Positions 24,885 to 35,779 of a stretch of 64,000 nt of DNA are shown one piece after another. The notes under the pieces are model-generated. The model saw only the letters and a program-made list of their open reading frames with translations. It ran no database searches and was not told the origin of the DNA. Location: positions 868,001 through 932,000 of the forward strand of contig NC_134472.1 of the NCBI RefSeq assembly GCF_964194025.1, read 5' to 3'. Within the stretch, counting starts at the first letter, position 1, and each line of letters opens with the position of its first letter. The DNA is from Convolutriloba macropyga (lineage: Eukaryota). Made by a program: the position numbers and the translations under genes.

Positions 24885-25723
24885 CATTACATCTCAGAGG
24901 TGTACCCAAATCGTCACGGGCAGATATGCCCGATGCGTGTATCTCGTGTTCACTTTTCTTACGTTAATACATTGCAAATGCAACAATATTGCGGAAAATA
25001 GCTACTTTAACAGAAACCTGCAAAATTGAAGGGAAATTAGCAACCCGTGTTCGCAAAAGTGTCCTAATCTTAGCCGCGAAATACAAGTACAAACTTTATA
25101 ACCTATTTTTCGCGCGTCTTGTATCATGCATCTGCTCCATTTATGTAGCAATTGTTCGCACGCAATGTAGCTCGATTTCGCATATAGTCCGCAATTAAGC
25201 CTAATTTATTACTACTAGTATTACTTTACTACAACTTTATTACTACTTATAGTACTTTTTTACTAACTATTACTACTTATTAGTACTATTTATTACTACT
25301 TATTAAAAGTGGCCAGTCCCACATTGATATACAAAGTCTTTGATGTGTGAGGGATTTTTCGGGAAAAATCAGTTTTTGTGGTTGCATGTATTTAAAGCAC
25401 TTTGAAGCTTTGAAAATTTCAATTAAATCTTTATTAAATTGCTTATTGCATGCTCAAAATGTGCGCATTTAATTAGGCTCAATGGCGGATTAGAGATATT
25501 TTTAATGCAAATAATAGATACCTAAATTGAGCGGAAACGTGCTACAAGACTTGTAACCTACTTTTCGATCCGAATGTTCTTTTAATTCGCAAAATTGGCG
25601 GATCCCCTTTTGCGATAAGTAAGATACAAAGGATGTCTCCTAATTTCGTTCATTGTATGTATCTAATTTTCGAGCCACTTTTACTAAAGCGGAAGTTTTG
25701 GGGTATACCTCTGCGGTGTAATG
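24885..25723. mobile_element. Non-autonomous TIR DNA transposon, copy 2 (inverted relative to 247-1884, shorter interior)
   Basis: TIRs CATTACATCTCAGAGGTGTACCCAAA and TTTGGGGTATACCTCTGCGGTGTAATG, flanked by TA on both sides. Contains a (TTACTAC)-like simple repeat at ~25207-25283. Confidence 0.82.
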
Positions 25724-26400
25724 TATTACAACATCCGGAATTAACTGGTTCTAAAAATTCTCCAAAATTAGGCAGAGTAAGTTAACACGGTAATAACTTC
25801 AGGTGAAGATACAAAATGTGACTGAGTTTTATTTCTTGGAATTTTTGCGGATAGCAGATCACAAATTTGCATAAATTTTTGCATTCTTGTTCTTTTTGTC
25901 AAGGGTGTGACAATATATGGCTGTAATCAACACGAATCAAGTCTGCTATGTTTAAAAATTGCGTTTTGGGTCTTTATGATAATTTGATTCCAGTTATTTT
26001 CACTTTCGAGACGATTTGAACTCACTTTGCTTTATTTCACTAATTTTCTTTCTTGCTTACAATTATGTAGAACATATATAACTAGAAACAGAGAAAAGCG
26101 CAGCGATATTTTTTTGGCCAAAATAAGCTATATGTCACCTAATGACTAAACCAAAAGTTGCCAAATATAGCTTACCAAAAACATTTGATGACAGCAGATG
26201 TCTAGAAACCAAGAGAAGAATAACTTAGAAGGCAGTTTTAAAAGATGCAGGTGTGTGACATTTGAGTGCAATTGCAAACATGCAGCTAAAGACAAGGCAG
26301 AGGGACAACAGAGAGATTCTTCTGCAAAACCAGTACTACAAGGTTGCCATAGGAAAAAAATTCCAGATGATTTTTCGAGGGACCTCAGTATAAGCCAATT

Positions 26401-26587
26401 GTCGATCTGCTCTGCCCCCCCCCCCCCCGCTTAGTGGACATATAACTTTTACGCCCCCCCCCCCCCGCTTAGTGGGCATATAACTTTTACGCCCCCCCCC
26501 CCGCAGGTACATAATAACGTGCTATAAAACAATACATAATTTATAAGTAAGGGCATAAAAAACCATTGGGGGACAGAATAGATCCAC
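26401..26587. mobile_element. Putative MITE with poly-C/G termini and internal ~38-bp tandem repeat
   Basis: Imperfect IR GTCGATCTGCTCTGCCCCCC / GGGGGACAGAATAGATCCAC; related sequence at ~29730-29808. Confidence 0.5.
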
Positions 26588-27120
26588 CAATGGATATTTA
26601 TCTCGTTCAATTTCTGTTCGGTTTAATTGATTTGATATAGATCAAGTTTTAAGCAAAATTATTTCTGATTGGATGTTCTATGATACGCTGTTCGACAGAA
26701 CAGCTTTGATTGACTGATCGCTAAAACCCTGAATAACAAAAGTAGAAGTCTTTAAAATTTGTCCCTCATTATTCTGCTAAATAGCAAATCTATGGAGGGA
26801 ACAGCAGCTCCAAAGTTATGGACTTTATCCTTTTTTGAGGAATTACCGCTCAGCCCATTAGAAATCTAAAAGCCGGGGTTATAACTAATAAAGATTATAA
26901 CCACTAGGGCTTATGAGCAAAGAAGTACGCAATTCGCATTTTTGTGCAAAGTATAAATGAATGAATGGATCTTTTCAACAATTGCCCTCCCCCCCCCCCC
27001 CCCCCCCTTAGTACCTAGTAGAAAATCACCACCCCAAGGTGGGGGGGGGGGGGCAAAAGATGAAGCAATAAATAAAGAGAGAGTGGAGAAAGTATGTGAG
27101 TGTTTGAGTTTGTGTTTCAG

Positions 27121-27165
27121 GGATGGCTCCATCAGGAATTAGTCAGCCTGTCTTCTTCATAGTGG
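27121..27165 (+). CDS. Adenylate kinase domain 2, exon C (45-bp micro-exon)
   Basis: tgtgtttcag|GG ATG GCT...GTC TTC TTC ATA GTG G|gttagt encodes (G)MAPSGISQPVFFIVG, the beta-strand preceding the P-loop; phase 1-1. Confidence 0.85.
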
Positions 27166-27634
27166 GTTAGTAAGTAACTTAATACCAACAAATTCTGAGT
27201 GTCATATCCGCGCACTACAAAATGTATTAACTATAATAAATACATGGCGACACTTGGACAGAGTTTATCAAAAACAAGTGCAATTTTGTACTAATATTTT
27301 TATTTCTTGAATTAGTAAAGCTAACATAGCATCCCAGCAAGATTCCATGGTAATCTTCGGAAAAATTGCCAAATATTTATGTACTTTGTAAAAGTACAGG
27401 GAAAAGGTTCAAAAAGGAAAAACGTACGAAAAAGACGAAAACTTTTCGTAGCGAATAAAATTGGAGTTTCTATTGCCATTATAGCCCTTCCAATTTAGTG
27501 ATCATACAATACCCCCTATATAGCCCCCTAATTACCATGAATATGCAATAATGGGGGCTATAATTAAGCTGGGGGAGGGCTATGATGAGAAAAACCAAAG
27601 AATTGTTGGTAAGGCGTGTGTTGTAAATGTACAG

Positions 27635-27789
27635 GTGGTCCGGGAAGTGGAAAAGGAACGCAGTGTGAGAAGATTGTGGCCGAGTTCAGTTTCACCCATT
27701 TGTCCTCTGGTGACCTTTTGAGAGCAGAGGTCGCCTCTGGGTCAGAGAAGGGCAAGGCACTCGACGCAGCCATGAAGGCCGGACAGCTG
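27635..27789 (+). CDS. Adenylate kinase domain 2, exon D
   Basis: tacag|, then [14 protein letters not shown]...[12 protein letters not shown]...GQL|gtatgt. Confidence 0.93.
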
Positions 27790-29864
27790 GTATGTCACGT
27801 TACCATCTGCTGTAATTATTGTTACCTACTTTATTGTTTGAGACACAGAGGCCAATTATAATAGGTAAGCTTTCTTGGTGAATTTTTTCAAGCTTTGAAC
27901 ATAAAGCCAGAACAATAAATTTTAACAAAATGTTAACGCGTTTTGAAAAACGATTTGGGCAAATCGATTTTCGATTTAGTTAAACGACAAGTCATTTTAT
28001 GTACCGATTAAGTCCAACTAAATCTATCAGCGCTATCTGTTACGATTGATTCACTTACAAGGTCAAGTTGAGTAATGCGTTTGTTTGATATCGGGTTTGA
28101 ATGAATTGCTCCTCAAAAGAGTTTTAAATTAACCAACTTAACAATGTTTCGTTATATCAACCACCGCAGAGCCGTATTCCAAGAGAATTCTTTGTCATTA
28201 TATTCTGGGCCATTATCAAAACAGTCTCAGACACAATAGATCTAAATTGCTAAAAAGTCCGCGGAAAAAAGCTAAGGGTGCAATGAGCCGTTGTTAAAGA
28301 ACGAATTTTAACTCAGAGTTTTGTATTATTTGATGTTTAATAGCCGCCCTCATCTTCTCAGCCGGCTATTATACCGCTCCTATTTTTACAATTCAAAGAA
28401 TTTGAATTGTATTGGGGCGCTGTCTTTTTTTAAGATCTGTTCACACATTTTTCATGATTTTTGAAGTCAAATTGGAGTGGTGATTTTGGTCACGCCGAAA
28501 CAGGAAGTGGAGCGAAAAGCGAGTGGTTTTGCGGTGTGAATTGTTTTCGCTCTAAAATTAAAGTAGAGTGCGAAAACGGTGTTTGAACAAAAATTCACTT
28601 TTTCGCTAGTGGTTTTTTGTTCACATGCGGCAATTTCACTTGGATTTTTACTGTTTTTTCGATTTTTTGGACCAGATTTTTTTTCTAAATGGTTTTCCCA
28701 ATCCATTCATAGTCCGTTCTAGGTCTAGTTGTTTGTTTAGTCAATTAAAATTCTTGGAATTGTACGTCAGGACTTGTCCTGTTATGTTTTTTTACTTCGT
28801 CGAACAAATGTTTCGCTTTACCTCCATTTGCCGCTTTTTCAACATTTTGCCTGAAATATTTTTGACTTCTCTAGGCTAGTTTCTCTCTTCTTTCATTCTA
28901 CTAAAAGTGATTTTGAACATCAGTTGCTCAGCAAAGCAATTCAAAATGAACAGAGTCAGTATAAAAAATTGAAGTCAGAAATAGAAACGGGATAAACCCA
29001 TAAAGTCCAATTTTAGATGCCCGCTATTTGAACGTTGTTCCTGTAAGTCTCAGTTACCATCTCTAATACTTATTGGTATTGATAGTAGCCCCTGTAGCCT
29101 CTCTCTAAGAAACAGAAGTACGTTATGTTCAACGACGAAATGCCAGCAAAATAAATCGGACTTAAAAAATGTTTTCGTACAAAAATCATTTTTTTCAGTA
29201 TCTTCTATTCTTTCAATCCCAATCATGCTTTTCGGCAATCTGCCGGGTATGTTTGTAATTTTTGTTACGAAAATCTTCATGTTTACAAATATTTTTGGTA
29301 GCAGAGTGTATGTTATACAAGGATGAGCTAGGCTTTCCACGTCGTGCAAAGAAATACTACATTTTCCTCTATTTCATGCAAGGATCATATAGGACTTCCT
29401 TGATTCTATACAAAGATCGTGTATGATTCTCTGGGTGTCGTACAAGGATCCCAAAAGATTTTCTTGGTTTTTGAGCAGTCTCGTACTTTCTGGAAGCTCA
29501 ACAAATTTTTATCAGTACAACAATCAGTTTCTTGAGACCGCTAAATTCCAAAAATTCCATTGTGATCCTTGTAGGAAATCATGGTAATCGAATAAGGTCG
29601 TAGCAGTAAAAAATATAAGAATTGATGCGGTAGGACATGGAGTACATACATGATCTATATCTAATCTTTTTTCCACAACATATAAATTTTACACCTCAAG
29701 GCACACGTGCTATTATTCACATAGTAACATGCTATATAACAACACATAATTTATAATTGGGGGAGGAGGCATAAAAAACTCTGGGGGGGGGGGGGCAAAA
29801 TAGATCCGTTTTTTTTTTTCATTATGAGGATTGTGCTCCTATTTGAATGGTTTGTGTGCTACAG

Positions 29865-29990
29865 GTGACGACAGAGACAGTGTTGGACCTGATGAAGTCG
29901 GCGATGTTGAAGGAGAAGGAGACTAGCAAAGGTTATCTGATTGATGGATACCCCAGGAAGGTCGACCAGGGAGAACTCTTCGAGAAAATT
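29865..29990 (+). CDS. Adenylate kinase domain 2, exon E
   Basis: ctacag|VTTETVLDL...GYLIDGYPRKVDQGELFEKI|gttagt; 126 bp, phase 0-0. Confidence 0.93.
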
Positions 29991-30309
29991 GTTAGTAACA
30001 ATGCAATCGAGCGTATCGTGCAGAAGTATCGATCGTATTCTGGACACAATTAAACAAATTACCTTTTCTGCCCACAAAGACGATGTTGTTTTCGTGAGAA
30101 ACTTCACGCGCACATACTATTTTGAATAAGTTAACGTGCTATGTAACAACTCATAAATTGCAACTCTGGCGGAATGGGGTGTAACAGGCAGCATGGGGGA
30201 TAGAGGTTGAATACCTCCGATTTCATGACAAAAAGACGGATGACAGGACAACCATTATCAGGTAAAATTGCTATGTCAGAAATTGCTGAATAGTATACAT
30301 TACATTTAG

Positions 30310-30573
30310 GTGGCCCCTTGTGCAGCTTGTATATTCTTTGACGTGCCGAACGAAGTGATGAAGGAACGACTTCTGAAGAGAGCCGAGACAAGCGGAAGAG
30401 CGGATGACAACGAGGAGACCATCACCAAACGACTAGTGACTTTTGACAATGAGACGAAGCCAGTGTTAACCTACTACGAGGGACAGGGCAAATTGCACAA
30501 GATAGATGCCCAGAGAAGTGTAGACGACATTTATGCAGATGTCAGAACTGTCCTGCTGCCCTATGGTTATTAG
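30310..30573 (+). CDS. Adenylate kinase domain 2, exon F (terminal)
   Basis: catttag|VAPCAACIFFDVP...RAETSGRADDNEETITKRL...LPYGY* (TAG 30571-30573). Confidence 0.92.
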   Translation: MAPCAACIFFDVPNEVMKERLLKRAETSGRADDNEETITKRLVTFDNETKPVLTYYEGQGKLHKIDAQRSVDDIYADVRTVLLPYGY

Positions 30574-32568
30574 AGTCAACTTGACCTGTCTGTCTATAAT
30601 TTGCCCAATTCCTTGTTTCGACGTTTGCTTGACTCGAAGTCTGAAAAATGAGAATCCTTTTTTGGCAAAAACTATTTATTAGATATCGAATTTGATACTT
30701 ACCCGGGTTGACCAAACTTACGTACCATAAGAAGTACCATATATGGTACCTTACATACCACAGAACGAACCATATATGGTCCATCAAAGCCATAAAAACA
30801 GTTTATATTCTTGCTATGATTAGTAAGGAACCATATATGATCCCTTTTATGGAAACTAATTTTCCATTTAAAAAATCTGACTATAGTCTACCTCTCACTT
30901 AAGAATAACAAATAATTCGAAGCTTTTCTGAAAAAAAATCAGAAGGCCTAATTTAGATTGCTCCAAATTTAAAAGAAGCCTCTCTATATAAATTGAATAT
31001 GGGCCGTATTACACTAGATTCCTATATTTAATCAGTACTTATGGCCACTAAGCTAGGGGATATAATAGGAAAGATCAAAAAAATGTAGCGTTATTTTGCT
31101 TCTTTTTGTTTCAGTGAAATAAGCAATTATCAGCTCAACTAAGAGTGGTCACGAATTCAACACACGAGCTGCTCCATTTGCGTTGTCCCCACACAATCAC
31201 GCCAACCAATCAAAACTACAGCTTCGAGATTAAATTTTCTAGAACTATCTTAATTCTTTTCCCACCTGCTTTCGCCAGATCTCTCTTACTTTCCCTGCCT
31301 TCTCCTCGGCGGTATCTGTTTACAGTCAAAAGTGCTTACCCTAACACCATTGTGTAACTTCATATTCTACTGACCAAAAATTAAGTTTAATAGCTGAATT
31401 TATTTTGCGCACTACCATTTTGTTTTACTTCGAAGTTGGGAGGCTAAGTTGAAAGTTGGGATCATTTCCTTTGTTATTCCGACACAACTAGTCATTTATA
31501 CTGGCAAAAACAGCAATATTTTTTTTAAACAAGAAGGCTCGCTTGTTTTTTGCGTGGCACAGAATGTTCCCATATTCGCTTTTGAAAACAACAAATCAAT
31601 ACATCGAAAAGGATAATTCAGAAAAGTTTGCATTGGTACCAAAAATTGTTATCAAGCTGTTACGAAAAAACTGAAGTTTGGAACAGAAACAACAGGAAAA
31701 AATTTGTTAGTTTTGAAAGGCACCAAAAAACCTGAGTGACCTATAATTACTAAAAACTTAGGTGCACTTAAATTATGATAAATAATATCAAAAGAGCTTT
31801 CCTAACACCTGTTGCAACTAAACACGGACCCTTTGATTTCTGAATTCTGTTGCATTATTGGAGATTTTGATCGAGCTTGATCAGTTTTTTTCTATAATTT
31901 TTTGAGGAATTAAAGATTTTTTAACAATTGAAACTTCAAATTGGTGACTTCTGATTCCAAGTTAGCCGGTAATGTTAAATATGTATATAAGTTAGAAGTA
32001 AATGTGGGCTGTAGAAGTTAGAGTAATCTTATTAAAACAATGTTTCCATGTTTTTCTGGATAATCGAAAAGGAACCCAAAAATCAAAAGGAAAAAAGCGG
32101 CTCTACGTCACGTGTAGTCAGTGAAACTCTTCTCATTTCAGAATTTTGTACTCGAGAAAATTTGTTTCAGAAATGCAAAATGGAAACTCAAACAGTTTCT
32201 TTGAATTAAGTGTCATAACTATTTCCTTTACGTGCTTACGTCATCAGCGGGACAAAATCGTCCTAATTTTTCTCATGTTCTTTTCTTGCAGCTTGCCCGA
32301 TACCATATGATAAAACGAAAGAATTAAATAGCATATAGAGGTCAAAGAGAAATTAGACAGCTGAATAATCAACCGGCAAAAGCAGGTGAAACGAATACAT
32401 CTGTTTGAGAACCTCAAAACCTTAGGACAAGTTTTGGTCTATAAATCACGGTATTTAAATCATTAAAATAACAAAATGCGATTCTGACTCTTTGACTGAT
32501 ATACTGACTATTGAGGGGCTGCCTTAACGATAAAGCAAACGGGGTAACACAATTGAGAGTGAACGTAT

Positions 32569-34783
32569 ATCACTGAAGTAGTAAGAAAGTGTTGGTAGTG
32601 TATACCATGTTACTGGGCAGTTCAATAAAAAGTAATTTGATACCCTCAAAAAATTAGTAAAAAATATGCTATAAAATTTGTTTTAACCCTCCGAGAAAGG
32701 TTAATTTTCTATATGGGCATCAAATTTAAATTGTCAAACTCTGAAAAAAACAAATATAATTTTGTTAGAACCGTAAGCTGTGTACAAGGCGGGTCAGAAT
32801 GAAAACGACATTGTTTAAGCGAGAGCGTTTCAGACTGCGTAATTGTGTTTTTTTTTTCAGACATTAGGATGAGAAGTTTACCAATAAAATGAAAAATTTA
32901 ATCTTTTAAAAAAAAGTTGTAAAATATGTTTCCCTAAAAACGACGTAAATTTTTTTAAAAAAGAAAGATATGTACAGTTTATTTTCAATTTGTTCTAAAG
33001 TCCTCTACTTTAAATTCTACAAAATTGTCAACAAGAGGGAGGACAACAGTGTAAAATATATTTTTAAAAAAACTCCTTTCTAAGCAGGTAATCTTCATGA
33101 GTATAAGTAACTCTAATTTAACAAAGAAACGGCCACCTTTGAAAGCCAATTGTTATCGTTAAAGATAATCAGTAAAGCGATCAAAAATATCTATGAACAG
33201 GAGAACCAGAATTAATTAGTATCGACAGTTTTTTTCACAACAATTACATTTAAAGTCAAAAATAATTTAAGAATTTCGAAAGAGCTATTCAAAAATTTCA
33301 AGCTCATCACTACCAGAAGTAAGTTGTATTTATTAGTAACAGTTGTCAATTAATTCGATATTTTAAATGGGATAAAACCAAAAGCAGCAATCAGAGCCCG
33401 GCAAGACGTTAAAGACTCGCAAAATCTAAATTCTCTTTGATCTCAGAAATAGCTGTTAGCGCGCTCAGGCCTAATAATTCTTGTTAGCCTCAGATTAGCG
33501 CTTCAGCTACCTGATGTGATCTCCAAAATGTGACTTCCAATAAACCTCCAAATCATCAAAAAATGCGAAGAGTTCTTTAAGAAGAGTTGTTTTTCAAAAC
33601 AGATGGCATCTCACTTATTCCAAAATGTGCCAAATTTGATAACTCGAAAACGAACAAAATAAGAAAAAAATAGATTTAAAAGTGCATTTCGAACTAATTT
33701 TTAACAACGTAGCTGTAAGAATATGCGATATAAATAATAAAGAGCTCAGTTTTCTTCACATCTTGAGATGTTTTTTATGTGAGATCACTGAAGTAGTCAG
33801 AAAGTTTTGGTAGCTTATAACACAAAATTCGGCAGTTCAATAGAGATTCCTTTGAGCCCCCGAAAGTTTAGAAAAAATACGCTATAATTTTTTTAGCACT
33901 CCGAGAAAGAAAAATTTTTTATATGAGCATAAAATTTAAAAAGTCAAGCTCTGAAAAAAAAACAAAATTAATTTTGATAGAACCCTAAGCTGTGTATAAG
34001 GAGGGTCAGAATGGAAACGATATGATTTAAGCGAGAGCATTTGAAATTGCGTAATTGTTTTTTTCAGACAGTAGGACGAGAAGTTTAATAGTAAATTTAA
34101 AAATCTAACCAATTGTAAAAAAAAGTTGTAAAATTTGTTTCCTTAAAAACGAAGTAAAATTTATTGAAAAAGAAAGATATGTACAATTTATTTTCAATTT
34201 GTTCTAAAGTCCTCTACTTTAAACTCTACAAATTTGTCTACAACAGGGAAGACAACAAAGTAAAATATATATTTTAAAAAACTTAATTCTAAGCAGGTAA
34301 TCTTCACGAGTATAAATCACTCTAATTTCACAAAGAATTGGCCTCTTCTGAAAAAGAATTGTTATCGTTAAAGATAGCCAGTCAGGCGATCAAAAATATC
34401 TATCAACAGAAGTACTAGAATTAGTTAGTATTGGCAGTTTTTTCAACAATTACATTTAAAGTCAAAAAAATTTAAAAATTCCAAAAAACTATTCAAAGAA
34501 TTCAAGCTCAGCACTAACGGGAGTAAATTCTATTTATTAGTAACAGTTGTCAAGCAACTCGATAGTTAAAAGGGGTAAAACCAAAAGCAGAGCCCAGCAA
34601 GACACTAAATACTCGCAAAAATCTAAATTTTCTCTTATCTCAGAAATAGCTGTTAGCGCACTCAAGCCTAATAATTCTTGTTACCCTCAGTTTAGCGGCT
34701 CAGCTACCTGAAGTGATCTCAAAAGATTGACTTTCAATAAACCTCAAAATCATCAAAAAATATCAAAAGAGTTCTTTAAGAAG
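32569..34783. repeat. Diverged direct duplication of ~1.0 kb (32569-33584 and 33784-34783)
   Basis: Both copies start ATCACTGAAGTAGT and end GAGTTCTTTAAGAAG and are colinear throughout; non-coding. Confidence 0.9.
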
Positions 34784-35779
34784 GACTGAGTCCAAGCAAC
34801 TCATAATTGTTGTTATTTTAAGAAATAACGCAAATACGAAAAAGTTCATTTTGTGAAATAAACTGTGACTAAATGTTGACAATTTCTTTAGAAATTTCCT
34901 TATTTCAAATTTCAGTGTCGTCCAATAAGTACAAAATGCAGAATGAGTCAAGGGTGATTGGTGTTCAGTCAATTCAGTGCATGCCGAAAAATATGCATGT
35001 CCTAATATTTAAAATTTTGCTTAGTTTTTTAGCTTCAATTTGAAAAAAAAAATTTTTGACTCGTCAATTTTGTAAAGAAATAACAGGTTTCAGACATCTG
35101 AAAAAATTTTCTCCCTATTTCTCAAAATTTAAACAAAGATTTAAAACCAACTGAACCCTTGGAAGAAAGTAAGAAAGTTAGGTAAACACAGGTGAGAGAC
35201 GGGTTAAAAGTTCACAAAAACGTTTAAAAATCGGTTTAACTTCAAAAATCGCATTTTAAAAAATTTTTGTACAAAATTGAAACATTCACAAAACAATAAG
35301 ATATTTGTTTTTCAAAAACATTAAAAAACCGCCAGTTGTAATTGATCAACAAATAGGCTGAATTGCTTGAAATTAATGGTAATAAAATCGGTAACATTTT
35401 TTCCAAAAAAAAAATCCTGAAATTTCCCCTTCTAGTAAAATTCGAGATTAAGAGAACTCCAAAATGATACCATATGTGCCAGCCTATTATGCCCTCAGAA
35501 AAGTCAAAAGTTGTCCGAACAAAATTATATTAGGGGAAACCCTGGAACACAATCAAAAGAATAGGATGAGAAAGTTAGAACTACTGCATATGACCAGCAT
35601 GTCAATTAACAATGGCTGCTAAAAAGGCAAACAGTCTCAAGCAGGGATGAACTACAACAAACAAAAAACTCAACAAACACAAAATCACCTAAAAGTACCC
35701 AACAACTCACGCATAATCATTGGAAAGGGTTAATTAGCACTAAAAACGATAAATTAAAGCAAGAAAAACATGAAAAAAT

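Noticed and set aside
30565-30573. Possible phase-1 donor (TATG|gttatt) extending the AK gene to a third downstream domain
   Set aside because: Weak donor, a natural-length C-terminus with stop follows, and no AK motifs are seen in the remaining 33 kb.
5207-30573. UMP-CMP kinase assignment
   Set aside because: SSGDLLR, GxLV and GYPRxxxQG match AK1-type residues rather than the CMPK pattern SAGELLR/GKIVP/GFPRNxDN.
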